Shown here: in pieces, positions 41,141 to 52,140 of the stretch
Numbering within the stretch: position 1 is the stretch's first letter
Layout: the number at the start of each line of letters is the position of its first letter
DNA from: a virus
IMG/VR virus record: IMGVR_UViG_3300035698_012088
Location: 95,413 to 159,412 of that record
DNA: 64,000 bases
Direction: 5' to 3' (one strand)
The notes under the pieces: generated by a model
What the model saw: only the letters and a program-made list of their open reading frames with translations
Databases searched by the model: none
Told to the model about the DNA's origin: nothing
Program-made: the position numbers and the translations under genes

Positions 41141-42420
41141 ATCAACTCGAAGAACTGCAACGCTTTGTAACAGAAGCAAACCAAACAACCTCAAGTAATG
41201 ATAAGAAGAAAGTCATTGCTAAATACCCACAGTGCAAGAAGATGTGGAATTACATATATGACAGCATGGCCTACACATATGGAGTAACCTCAAAGAGGGT
41301 TAAGAGCAAACCAGAGCTAACTACAGAGGATACCTATATCTCTATGGAAGCTTTGCTCCTAGATCTTAATGCTAGGGTCTTAACAGGTCATGCTGCAATT
41401 GCTGCTATCAATAGATTTGTAGCAGATAATGTCCAGTATAAGAATCTAATCTATGGTATCTTGGATAGGAATATCAAGACCAGAACAGATGCCAAGCTGA
41501 TCAATAAGATCTTTCCAGGATGCATTCCAGTATTCTTGGTAGCCTTAGCTGAGAAGTATGAAGATGGGATGAACATAGACTTTGATGTAGAAGTCTGGTT
41601 AGAGTCCCGGAAACTAGATGGAGTTAGATGTTTAGGCTTTGTGGATGCTGAGAACAATGTGACCCTTAAGTCTAGAACAGGTAAGCCTTTCAAGACTCTA
41701 GGTGTAGTAGGTAAAGTCCTTAAGAAGATGAATACACCCAATACAGTGTATGATGGAGAGCTGTGCTTAGTGGATGAGAAGGGTGTGGAGAACTTCCAAG
41801 AAGTGATGAAGTATATTCAGAAGAAGAACTTCACTATCCCCAATCCAAGGTACAAGCTCTTTGACATGCTAACCACTGAGGAGTTTGAGTCTGAAGTAGG
41901 AGATAGAATCCTCTCAGATAGACTCTCCCTGATCAAGGACAGTATCCCAGAAGACCAAGAGGTTGTCGTTCAACTTGACCAACATGTCATAAGAGATGAA
42001 AAGCATTTTCAAGAGAGAATGCAGGTCGCAGATAAGAATGGCTGGGAAGGTAATATCATCAGGAAAGATATTGGATATAAAGGCAAGAGATCCAAGGATA
42101 TGCTTAAGTGCAAGAAGTTCCATGAGACCGAGAAGGAGGTTGACTCAATAGCAACAGGGATGATTAGATATATTGAGGATAAAGTAGAATATGAGGAAGA
42201 GATGATGACTAAAGTTTTCATCACTCATAAGGGTAATGATGTAGGGGTTGGATCTGGGTGGAGTAGAGAACAGAGACAGTACTACTTTAAACACCCCGAA
42301 GACCTCATAGGTAAAATTATCACCATACAATACTTCGAAGAAACACTGGACGAAACCGGAAAATTAAGCTTAAGGTTCCCTACTATCAAGTGGGTTCATG
42401 GAGATCAAAGAGATACTTGA
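41137..42420 (+). CDS. ATP-dependent DNA ligase
   Basis: SRKLDGVRC, YDGEL, LFDML, WEGNI, LKCKKF, VGSG and LRFP. Confidence 0.92.
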   Translation: MNQLEELQRFVTEANQTTSSNDKKKVIAKYPQCKKMWNYIYDSMAYTYGVTSKRVKSKPELTTEDTYISMEALLLDLNARVLTGHAAIAAINRFVADNVQYKNLIYGILDRNIKTRTDAKLINKIFPGCIPVFLVALAEKYEDGMNIDFDVEVWLESRKLDGVRCLGFVDAENNVTLKSRTGKPFKTLGVVGKVLKKMNTPNTVYDGELCLVDEKGVENFQEVMKYIQKKNFTIPNPRYKLFDMLTTEEFESEVGDRILSDRLSLIKDSIPEDQEVVVQLDQHVIRDEKHFQERMQVADKNGWEGNIIRKDIGYKGKRSKDMLKCKKFHETEKEVDSIATGMIRYIEDKVEYEEEMMTKVFITHKGNDVGVGSGWSREQRQYYFKHPEDLIGKIITIQYFEETLDETGKLSLRFPTIKWVHGDQRDT

Positions 42421-42932
42421 TAGGATGAAATATAGTCATATAGCTTCAATACAGTAGATGGAGAATCGTTTAGGAAACCCAAAGCTTTATTACATCTACT
42501 ACATAAACACCCCCTAGTTTTTCCAGTATTATGGTCGTGATCTATACAAAGTATTCCTTCAATAATCCCGCAACAATTACATCCTTTAGCTTTAATTTTC
42601 GATGCCTCTTTTAAAGTTAAACCATATTTGCGCTGGTAGTGAAGATCTAGCGCCTTTTCTTTATTCTTTATATAATATGCATGGGCCCGCCCTCTGTTTC
42701 TTTTGTTATAGGCATGGTCTCTTTCTTTAAGTCTATCTTTATTCTTTTCACGGTACTCCTGATGAGTTTTTCTAATCTTGTCTTTATTCTTTAAATGATA
42801 CTCTTTACCCCATTCCTTATCGCACTCTTTACACCAACACTTATAACCATCCTTCAGGTTTTTAGCTTTACTAAAGAGTTCTTCAGCTGGCTTCTCAAGC
42901 TTACATTTTGAACATAGTTTAAGCACATCCAT
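42405..42932 (-). CDS. Endonuclease VII-like HNH endonuclease
   Basis: KYGLT, CNCC and IDHDHNTGKTRGCLCSRCNKALG. Confidence 0.85.
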   Translation of the reverse strand: MDVLKLCSKCKLEKPAEELFSKAKNLKDGYKCWCKECDKEWGKEYHLKNKDKIRKTHQEYREKNKDRLKERDHAYNKRNRGRAHAYYIKNKEKALDLHYQRKYGLTLKEASKIKAKGCNCCGIIEGILCIDHDHNTGKTRGCLCSRCNKALGFLNDSPSTVLKLYDYISSYQVSL

Positions 42933-43092
42933 CTCCTTTTAAAAAGCTGTTTAAGTTCTCTTCAGTCACTCTGGTAATCCCAGCCTTGGCTGCTTTGAGT
43001 TTACCTGACTTAATCCATAGTCTTACAGTTTTAGGGCTGACTTTTAGAATTTCCGCTACTTCTTTTACAGTGTATGTGGGAATAATACTCAT
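42919..43092 (-). CDS. Excisionase/MerR-type HTH protein
   Basis: YTVKEVAEILKVSPKTVRLWIKSGKLKA; SD AAGGAG. Confidence 0.8.
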   Translation of the reverse strand: MSIIPTYTVKEVAEILKVSPKTVRLWIKSGKLKAAKAGITRVTEENLNSFLKGDGCA

Positions 43093-44638
43093 GGATATCT
43101 CCTTTGTTGTTAAAGATAACATACATCAAAAAGGAACAAAAACAAACAATGTTGGTAAAAAAGAAACATTATGAAGGTGAGAGGGATGTGTAAGGAGTGT
43201 GTGCCCAAGTCCAGACATAGAGTTGTACACTATATACGACATGAGACCGGGTTCACAAAGTACATGTCATATTGCTGGTGGACAGGAGAACCTACTTCCC
43301 ACAGACACTTCACTACAGAGGAAGATAAAGTAACCTGTAAGCTCTGTAAAAAATGGATGCTTACTCAGATTGTGAGGGCCCTATAATGTGTAAAAAGTGT
43401 AAGCGTCCCGATGAGTCCTGGAATAGAAGCTCTCTACATAAAGTTCATCTTTGGACACATGAGTCCCTTTCTTTACCTTATATGCCTCCCTGTGGCTGTG
43501 AAGGTGGATACATCTGGGAATTTCTGCATTTCACTAAAGATACTGAGAAAGTAACATGTAAGACTTGTAAGAAGTTAATAACAAAATTAATATTGGAGGC
43601 TTTATGACAACAGTACACTACTTTAATATAGGATGTGAGGAGAATGGAAGATTAACACAGGATATGCATAGCCCAGATACTATGGCAATTGCCACTGAAT
43701 GTGGACTTATAAAGAAGCCTTTATGGACAGTAAAAGAACAGAAGCATACATACCTAGATGTCACAGAGAACAGCGAGGATGTAACATGTCCTGCCTGTTT
43801 AGAGATCATAACTAAAAAGATGTGTGAGGCACTATGAAAAAGAAAAAGGTACATTTAGCTAAGCCTAATCAGGGAGACCCTAGATGTGACTCTTGTGGAC
43901 AGGAGATAGTTGTATCTTATTGTGGGTGGAAATATAATCCACTTTCCCCCTTTATTACAGAAGATATAGAAAAGGCTACTTGTAAAGGATGTCTTAAAGT
44001 ACAAGCTACTTTAGAGTACATACCTAAGATCCACTATAGAGCTGATGTAAAATATACTTATTCTACTGGATCCTATGTTTCTAAACAGGCTATTTGCGGA
44101 CTACCTTATATAGGAGAATATAAAAAGAGGTTTACTTCTGAAGAATCTGAGGTTACATGTAAGACTTGTAAGAAGTACCTCCTAGGAAGGGTAATAAAGT
44201 CATTATGAGCCCTGCAAAAGAAAATAATAGGTTAACAGGAAAGCACTTTGTTGTGCAGGCAATGGGCACGTACTGGCCTTGGACCTCATTGTGTGGTAAT
44301 ACATATTATAGTAATGTTCTAGACTGTGTAACAGAGTCTCCAGATGAGGTAACATGTAGAGTATGTAAGAAGTTATTGTTGAATCACATATTGGAGAAAT
44401 TGTAATGCCAAGCCGACTTGATGAAGAAGATGGAAGAGTCCATTTTCATAAGTTCTCTATGTCAGATACACGGGATATTCCTCACTCTGTATCCTGGTGT
44501 GCCCGCTTCTTTGATGGCATCTGGGATTCTGAAACAGAAGATTATGTTCTTAGGGATGATCTGACAAGGAATGAAGAAGAAGTAACTTGTCAAAGATGTA
44601 TAAGTAACTTTGAGAGAGATATTATAAAAGCTATCTAA

Positions 44639-44704
44639 GGGGATGAAACGGCTTCGATTTACGTCATTGGCGTGAAGACTTGGGTTCGACTCCCAACATC
44701 TCCA
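44639..44704 (+). ncRNA. Minimal tmRNA-like RNA (tRNA-like domain only)
   Basis: GGGGATG/CATCTCC with G3.U70 and A73; stemless D-loop AAACGGCTTCGA; 8-bp helix TTTACGTC/GGCGTGAA; GAC linker; T arm TTGGG-TTCGACT-CCCAA. Confidence 0.8.
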
Positions 44705-46026
44705 AAAATAAAGAAGAGAGGACAATATGAACAAGGTTCACTATGTTAAACCATGGCCTGATATGCATATAGAGGCTTCCAAACTTAATGTCTATATGGC
44801 AGACATAGAAATGAAATCTGTCTGTGGTAAGGTCGTAGCCTTCAAGCAACTAAGAATAGTTGGACACCTTGTTGGACATCAAATCATTGCAGAGATTGAC
44901 AGCACATATAGAAGTCAAAGCAACTGCTATTGGGACACCAATATGGATAATGTAACTTGTGCTACTTGTAATAAACACATAGCAAAGGAAATTTTGAAAG
45001 GAATATAAATGTGTTATAAATGTGAAAAGGATAGACCAAGTGGTTACAACTTTTATGGAAGAGCTTCTAAGATACATTTTATAAATAGAGAGCTATCCGA
45101 GACAAATGACCCTATAGATGTGAAAGGCTGGACCTGTAGTTGTGGATATGAGGCTCTTCGTTGGGAACATAGACACGTTACTGATGATTACTTTAAAGTG
45201 ACTTGTTCTAAGTGTAAAGCAATAATTCCTCATGCATTTTTAGACGACCTAGTAGGAGAATTAAAGGAGAAACATGTGTAAATTATGTATAAGAGATAGG
45301 CCTAAGAAGTTAGGTATGTATGGACGTGCAAATAGGGTGCATCTTATGATAGAGAAAATTCCAAGGGCATTGGTCGATGACGTAGTTTACACTACACAAT
45401 GTGATTGGCAAGCTATAGCCTTTGAACATAGGCATATAACAGAGAATGTATTGGAAGTTACCTGTTCTAAATGTCTAAGTAAGATTGGGGAACTAATACT
45501 AGAGGGAATAGTACCTTCAAGAAAACAGTGCAACGGCTGGAAAAGATATAAGGCTATGAGAAAACCTAAGTGTAACTGCGGAAAGTGTTTAGCCAAATGG
45601 GAAAGAAAACAAAAAAGAAAAAGCATTGCAGAGTCTACTTAACAAAGAGATGGGAAGTCCCAAGTAAAAATAGAGACCACTGGGGTACATATATAAAGAT
45701 AAAGAAGTCTAGGATACTAAAGACCTTTCTCTGTAAGGCTAGAAGATATCCTAAAGGAGACATATTAGAAGAAGATCTCTCTAATGAAGAGGTAACATGT
45801 GCAAAATGTCTGAAGATAATTGTCCAAAGAACAATAGAAAGTCTGTGAGTCATTACTATTGCAGCCCTACTGTAGGTAGTTTTAAGAGGATACATAAAGG
45901 GAGGTTGTGTAAGTATGGCGCGGCATTCATAAAAAGATGGGGGTTTAGGATAACTAATTTAGATTCAGAGGTTATTACCTGTGAAGACTGTAAAAAGAGA
46001 TACTTAAGGTATCTAACAGAGGCACT

Positions 46027-46167
46027 ATGAGAAAGAGACTTAAGAAGAAAAAGAGATCCTGTGCTATGTGTAAACCCTACAAGATGCACTGGGAGAATAG
46101 GTGGAAGCCTAAAGACGAAGCTAGGTTGAAAGACTTTGAAAAAGAAAAGAAACAAAGAGAAGACTGA
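46027..46167 (+). CDS. Small basic protein (46 aa) inside the array
   Basis: MRKRLKKKKRSCAMCKPYK...; ATGA coupled. Confidence 0.55.
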   Translation: MRKRLKKKKRSCAMCKPYKMHWENRWKPKDEARLKDFEKEKKQRED

Positions 46168-48408
46168 GTCTTTAGACACCCATTACTACTTTAATTGTAG
46201 ACAATACCCTGATTTTAATATGAGACTTTGTTTGATTACTGCAAATGCCTACAAAGACTTTTATGACACAAGACACAGCATAGCAAACCATGAAGAGGAC
46301 GTGACATGTCAAAGGTGCCAAGAACTGATGATAAAACTCCTAATGACAAAAATATAGAATCCCATTACTACGGTCATCCTGGGGGGTACAGCATCCCCTT
46401 TAAGATCTGTAGCTATGCTCTCTCTACTATGCTGTGGAGAGGTCTCATAGTACACAATAAAACAGCAGAAGTAAAGTGTGAAAAATGTCAACAGAGACTA
46501 CTAAAAATGTTAGTGAACAGGCTATGAGTAAAAAACCTAAAGTACATTATTACAGAGATATTGAGATAGAGACAGAGAACACATATGAATATGATGAACA
46601 TGGGTGGTGTAAATACGATAAGTGGGATAATGCTATAATACGGCCTGGTAAAGAAATAACTGCTACCCTTACCTCTATATGTGGAGCAGCAGGAGATGAA
46701 GGCACTGCACAAATGACATGTGATATAGAAGATGGAGAGATAGTAACTAAGGTTACCCCAACAGAAAAAATTGATATGACATTTTGGACTAAAGATCCAG
46801 ATAAGGTAACATGTGAGAGATGTAAGAAAAGTCTTCTAAAGAAAACAGTGGAGGCGTTATAACATGCCTAGATCCCCAAAGGTACATTTGTTTAGGATTA
46901 TAAATCAAGATGTTACCCGCTATAGAGAGTATAACATGTTTATTAAAATAGAGACACTATGTGGGCACGAGCTACACGAGAATGTTCTGATTATACTGGG
47001 CTACGATATAGAGGGTAACATTACTGCAAAGGTAACTAAAGCCCCAGAAGACCCCAGGTGGCCTCCTTGGGGAATAACACAAGATCATGATAACTGCACT
47101 TGTGAAAACTGCAAAAGAATCCTTCTCTCTCAAACAATAAAAGCTTTATGAATAAGAAAAGAAAGATTTACTATATGTTTGTACCTACTCACACTTTCTT
47201 CTCTGTGACTAGGCATAAAGTTAGAACCAGTTTCTGGTATACTTTTGCCAGGCTAGATAAGAGCTTTTGTGGAAGGGAGCTGGTCTCAAACTGTGCAACT
47301 AATGATCTAAGTAAAGTAACATGTAAAATTTGTGACAGAATGTTAACAAGGATTACAGTGGAGGAGCTATGAGTAAAGAAAAAGTCGTTCATTTATATGT
47401 CTCCACAAATGCACATATATCTCACCGCAATTCAGCTAGAGATACCTTTCATGTGATATTTAAACCTAGCTCTTTGTGTGGAGTTCTCTTAGTTAGGTTG
47501 AACTGCAATATGGAGATACACCTGGAGCCGGACCATACTGTCCATACAAGGTTCTATGGTATGGACACTTTACCTGGAAGACCTCCCAAGTATCCACATT
47601 TGTTTACCTTGGACCCAGAGGAGGTCACTTGTACCAACTGTCTAGAGATTCTATTAAAACAAGTGACATCTAAGTTATGAAAAAGATTATACATTTTGCA
47701 GAGGCTCCAGAGGCAACTCCTTTAAGAGACCATATAGAGATAGCTATGATGTCAATATGCGGTATTGAAATAGGGTATACTAATTACAAAGTAATCCCTG
47801 AGCAGTTTGGATGGAAGCTATCAGCAACATTCATCCCTTTTGAAGAAGTGATGTTTGACGATGTCTTTTGGACTACAAACCCAGAGGGCGCCACCTGTGA
47901 GAAATGTAAGAAGATGATATTGCAAAGGACATTGGAAAGTCTATGAGTAAGATCACCCACATGAAGGGCTTTAATACAGATAAGATCACTAGGTGTGGCA
48001 AATACCGATATACCTTTAGGTTAGAAAGAGGTAGATGGAAGAACGATATAGCATCCATGACTGATGATGCAGAGTATGTAACTTGCCCTGGTTGTAACAA
48101 AAGGATTGTAGAGGAGTTAGAACTATACCTATGAGTAACAAACCTAAAGTACACTATTCTAAAGAGAAACCCGTAGTAGATACTTCTTTTGCCGAGGTCC
48201 GTGTCTATCTTCTTACCCAATGTGAAAGATATATAAAAGACTATTCCCTAACCTTTAAAGTAGTACCAGATAAAAACGGTGCACCTAATATAAGATCTGT
48301 AAGGGCCGGATTTGATAGAGATATCATTTTAGTAACAACAGATCCTGAAAAGGTTACCTGTAAAGTCTGTTCTAAGTATCTAGCCAAAAAAGTAGTGGAG
48401 AAATTGTA

Positions 48409-49188
48409 ATGAGAATTATTTCAAAGTTTCATGACTACTATGACATGATCATGAAACAGGGGTTTGACCCTAAAGTAGTATACAAAAGAGAAACAATAGA
48501 GATACTCCCAGAAGCCCTCAGGAATTCTAAAGACTGGGGTGCCAAGTGGAGGCAAGATGGTAGAGAGAGAGTGCAGAAATGGGGAAGTCCTTATGGGGTC
48601 TTTAAAAAGAAGATCTTTTTCTGCGGTAAGATATATCCCTTAGTGAGAGTAGAGATACATCTTCCCATGCCCAACGGGGGCTATTTTAATGGCTGTGAGG
48701 ACTCTTATCACTATTCTGCAGAATCTGCTATTACACACATCCTAAAACAGAAGCATATAAAGGCCTTGACCCATAAATTATATCGCGGAGTTAGCCACGA
48801 AGAAGATATAGAGAATTGGTTCTCAGATATTCCAAACAATACTATGTGGGACAAGGAGACCTACTCCCAGGTGGTGCCAGAAGCCTTGAAGCTAAGTGCA
48901 GAGCACAGGGTTCCAGTAATTACCTGGAATAGACGTACTGCCATATTGAACCCCTGTCTCAATGACCTTGAGTTCTATAAGGTAGTTGATCCATATACTG
49001 CTTTTCAGGAACTGTCTATGTACATGGGCAACAACCTAGCAGTACAGCAAGACCCCGTAGTGCCTGTAGGTGGAGATATCATTGTAGCAGAAAGTAAAGG
49101 TTACAATAGGTTTAGCTTTAGACAGGACGGTACAACCAAGAAGAGAAAACTAAAAAAGAAGAATAGGAAACATGGCAAAATATCTTGA
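48409..49188 (+). CDS. Hypothetical phage protein
   Basis: MRIISKFHDYYD...FYKVVDPYTAFQEL; TAATG coupled. Confidence 0.6.
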   Translation: MRIISKFHDYYDMIMKQGFDPKVVYKRETIEILPEALRNSKDWGAKWRQDGRERVQKWGSPYGVFKKKIFFCGKIYPLVRVEIHLPMPNGGYFNGCEDSYHYSAESAITHILKQKHIKALTHKLYRGVSHEEDIENWFSDIPNNTMWDKETYSQVVPEALKLSAEHRVPVITWNRRTAILNPCLNDLEFYKVVDPYTAFQELSMYMGNNLAVQQDPVVPVGGDIIVAESKGYNRFSFRQDGTTKKRKLKKKNRKHGKIS

Positions 49189-49653
49189 AGACATTTGGGA
49201 TAATGACATAGTTAATAATACCATTGTCTGGGTCAAAGGTAGTGCTGCTAAGGCTCCACAAGATAGAGACAAAGCAGTAAAATTACCTGCAGTTAGAGAG
49301 CTTTATGACTACGCTACCTTTGCTAGAGATTTAGTAAAAACCATGAGAGAGCAGGCCATAGAGAAAGGCTTTGCTCAGTATAACCCCAAAACTGGGGATT
49401 GGGAGTGGAGTGATGAAGTATAAACACATCTCAGTAAATTTAGAGAATACTCATGCTACTTTTGTGCCTGAAGACAATGATACACATGAAGAAGTAGTAG
49501 TAGCTCTAGCAAACCTCACCCTTGCCTTAAGTAAGCAGGGACAAATAGACAATGGGCGAGGAGAGGCTCTTGCCGCCTTATCTGGTATGGAATATTGGAG
49601 TATAAGTAAAGCCGTGTACGAAGAACTACAAGAAGCAATCATGGATATAAGGA

Positions 49654-51056
49654 TTGATGATGGTTGAATTAAGTTTGGATGGAAAATGGATTAGATTTAA
49701 GGATGATGATAAAGACATAGTGGTTATGGCAGTGAGTAAGATTATACATGTGTATGAAGATCGGGATGGGAAAGAGGGTGTAGTCCAGGCTGAAAATGAT
49801 GAAGACGCCACAGTTACCCTTAAAACAACAAAGAAAATACAGCAGGTCCTTATGGGAGTAGAACTCTTTAGTGAACCTGAACATTCTAATGAAGAAGTAT
49901 AATGGCAGAGCTAAGCCTAGATGGAAAGAGAATAAGGTTTAATACAGACATTGCTACTGTAATAGTGTGCGTAGAGGATGTAGCTGTTCTCTGCGGACAA
50001 AAGAAGTTTAGAGCGAAAACAGAGTATAATATGATAAATCGAGATGGAGATTCGTGGACCTTAACTAAGAAAGAGTTTGATGATATAAGTGCAATACTAA
50101 TGACAACAGAAGTATTTGGAGAAGAAGATGGCTAGATTGAGTCTATGTGGAAAATTCATAAAGTTTAAGCAGGCCAATGATCCCGGCATCGCATTGATAA
50201 ACCTAGATAAACTAAAGGGCACGTATTGGGAGCACTCAGTACAAGGCCTTCTTTATGTTGACGATCTAACTTACAAAGTAGGTGAGGTAGAGTATGCCAG
50301 CATTATTGAGATCGTAATGGGATATGATAGTGAAGGGACGTGTTAAATGGCGCAACTTAGTTGTAATGGAGAATGGTTAGATTTTAAAGGATATCAAGGT
50401 ACACCTTTTATGCTCCGTGTAGAGGATATCCACAGGCTAAATATAAAACCCACTAAACCCGCTCTTGGAATCATATATTTAAAAGATCCTAGTACTACAA
50501 CCTTTAGTGTAACTAAAGAAGAATATAACGAGATCAAATCCCTGATAATGGGGGAGACATTGGAAGGAAGATGTTAAATGCCTAGGTTAAGTTGGAATGG
50601 AGAATGGTTAGAATTTAATGAATCAGGTGGTGATCCTGCAGTAGTCAATATAAATGCTATAGCAGGGTTAGGTATTGAGAAGCTGAAAGGCCCTAGGGTA
50701 TATTTAAAAGATAGCCTTATTTATTATGCTGTGGATAGGTCTACATATGACTCTATAAGATCTCTTCTTATGGATGGAACATCAGATCAGGACAGTGTTT
50801 GATGAAAACAACTATTAGTGCAAATGGAGAACATATAGCTTTTGAAGGAGCAGATGGGGCAAGGTGCTGTATGCCCATAAAACATATTACAATGTGGTCA
50901 GTTGTCCCAAGAACTGTTCAACCTATCCAAAAAGAAGAAGAGTGGTTTATTCAATATGGTGACATAAAGGCCAAAGTCACAATAGAAGTGTGGCATGAAG
51001 TATATGAGAAGATTATGGGACTTGATATAATAGTAGAAAAGGACAAAGATGAATAA
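49654..51056 (+). other. Six tandem paralogs (49654, 49902, 50128, 50347, 50578, 50799)
   Basis: Shared N-terminus [LI]SxxGxx[IL]xF and C-terminal I/L-x-M-G/T/D helix. Confidence 0.8.
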
Positions 51057-51918
51057 AGACAACCTCACTAGAATCTACACTCATCTAGGAAGCGTGCACA
51101 GTGATGAGCTGATTTCTATTGCTATTGTGTTACATGTGTTTTACATGGACACAACACAGTTTAACTTATCAGATATTCAAATATTTAGATCAGAAATACC
51201 AGATGACTTAAAAGTTACAGACTGGGTATTAGATCAAGGTAAGGTATGTCTCCCTCTATTGAGGCAGATTGACCATCACCAGCTAGAGAAGGAGAATCAC
51301 TGTACCTTTTCCCTTCTCTTAGACTCTATAGGGTATCATGAGAAGGCAGAGCTATACCTAGACTGGTATAGGAACTTTATCACCTTAGATTGCTCTGGGC
51401 CAACTGCTCTAGCTTCTAAGTTGAGGACTGGACCAGATGTGATCTACTCATTACAGAGCCCTTTTGACCTAGCCATTAAGGATTGGTTCAAAAAATCTCC
51501 TAATGATCCTATACTCAAAGCTTTTCTAAGAAAAATGGGAGAGCATATAGTAGACACTATTGGGAAGTACGTACATAAGATGGCTCTTCTAGATAAACAT
51601 GTAGAAATAGTAGATTTAGAGAAGCATGGCCTCAAGGCTTTGTTTTACAGGACAGTAGAAGAAGATCCCAGCTTTGGTATTAGGAAGTGGATGCAGATCA
51701 ATAAACATAATGATGCAGCTTTGTCTATTACCTATGATGAAAGAAACAAAGGCTGGAGTATATATAGATTTGGTGATCATCCAAAGATAAACTTAATCAA
51801 AATTAAGAAAGAAAAAGATGTAACATATGTACCTAGAAATGGGTTTGTAGCTAAAGTTAAGAAGGAAGCAACCAGAGAGAGGCTCATAGAATTAGCCAAC
51901 AAATCTCTAAAAAGGTAG
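51049..51918 (+). CDS. MYG1/DHH-like hydrolase
   Basis: IYTHLGSVHSDE, VLDQG, IDHHQ and NGFVAK. Confidence 0.65.
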   Translation: MNKDNLTRIYTHLGSVHSDELISIAIVLHVFYMDTTQFNLSDIQIFRSEIPDDLKVTDWVLDQGKVCLPLLRQIDHHQLEKENHCTFSLLLDSIGYHEKAELYLDWYRNFITLDCSGPTALASKLRTGPDVIYSLQSPFDLAIKDWFKKSPNDPILKAFLRKMGEHIVDTIGKYVHKMALLDKHVEIVDLEKHGLKALFYRTVEEDPSFGIRKWMQINKHNDAALSITYDERNKGWSIYRFGDHPKINLIKIKKEKDVTYVPRNGFVAKVKKEATRERLIELANKSLKR

Positions 51919-51995
51919 CTTAATTATTATGCCTTTTTTGGCATAATATATTGGATGATGCCCCTAGCTGAAATGCTTGGAAATTCACCAAATAT

Positions 51996-52088
51996 ATATG
52001 TACAGCATACTTAGTGTTGCGCTGTAGTTCTCATAGAGATTAATTTCTCAAGGACTGCAGTATAAGATATTAAGTATGCTGTACATAT
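51996..52088. repeat. Long imperfect inverted repeat (93 nt)
   Basis: ATATGTACAGCATACTTAGTGTT/GATATTAAGTATGCTGTACATAT outer stem and GCTGTAGTTCT/AGGACTGCAGT inner stem. Confidence 0.8.
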
Positions 52089-52140
52089 CGCAGAGGAGAG
52101 AAGTTCTCTTTTTTGCTTAGGTATATGTTGAGGATAAAAG

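Larger units (their letters stand above)
43171..48409 (+). other. Zn-finger paralog array, block 2 (about 20 genes starting at 43171, 43386, 43604, 43834 [two domains], 44205, 44405, 44727, 45009, 45274, ~45585, 45845, ~46136, ~46354, 46524, 46864, 47148, 47369, 47677, 47943, 48131)
   Basis: Same H...C...TCxxC...L-stop scaffold in nearly every ORF, mostly ATGA or TAATG coupled. Confidence 0.88.

Noticed and set aside
42919-43092. Excisionase as evidence of a prophage boundary
   Set aside because: No integrase, att site or host genes are nearby; the gene is paired with an endonuclease.
44639-44704. Ordinary tRNA-Ala
   Set aside because: It has no D stem and no 7-nt anticodon loop; the layout matches the tmRNA tRNA-like domain.
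39711-48409. CRISPR array, DGR target set or integron cassette array
   Set aside because: There are no identical DNA repeats with spacers, no reverse transcriptase or template/variable repeat pair in the window, and no intergenic attC-like sites because the genes overlap directly.
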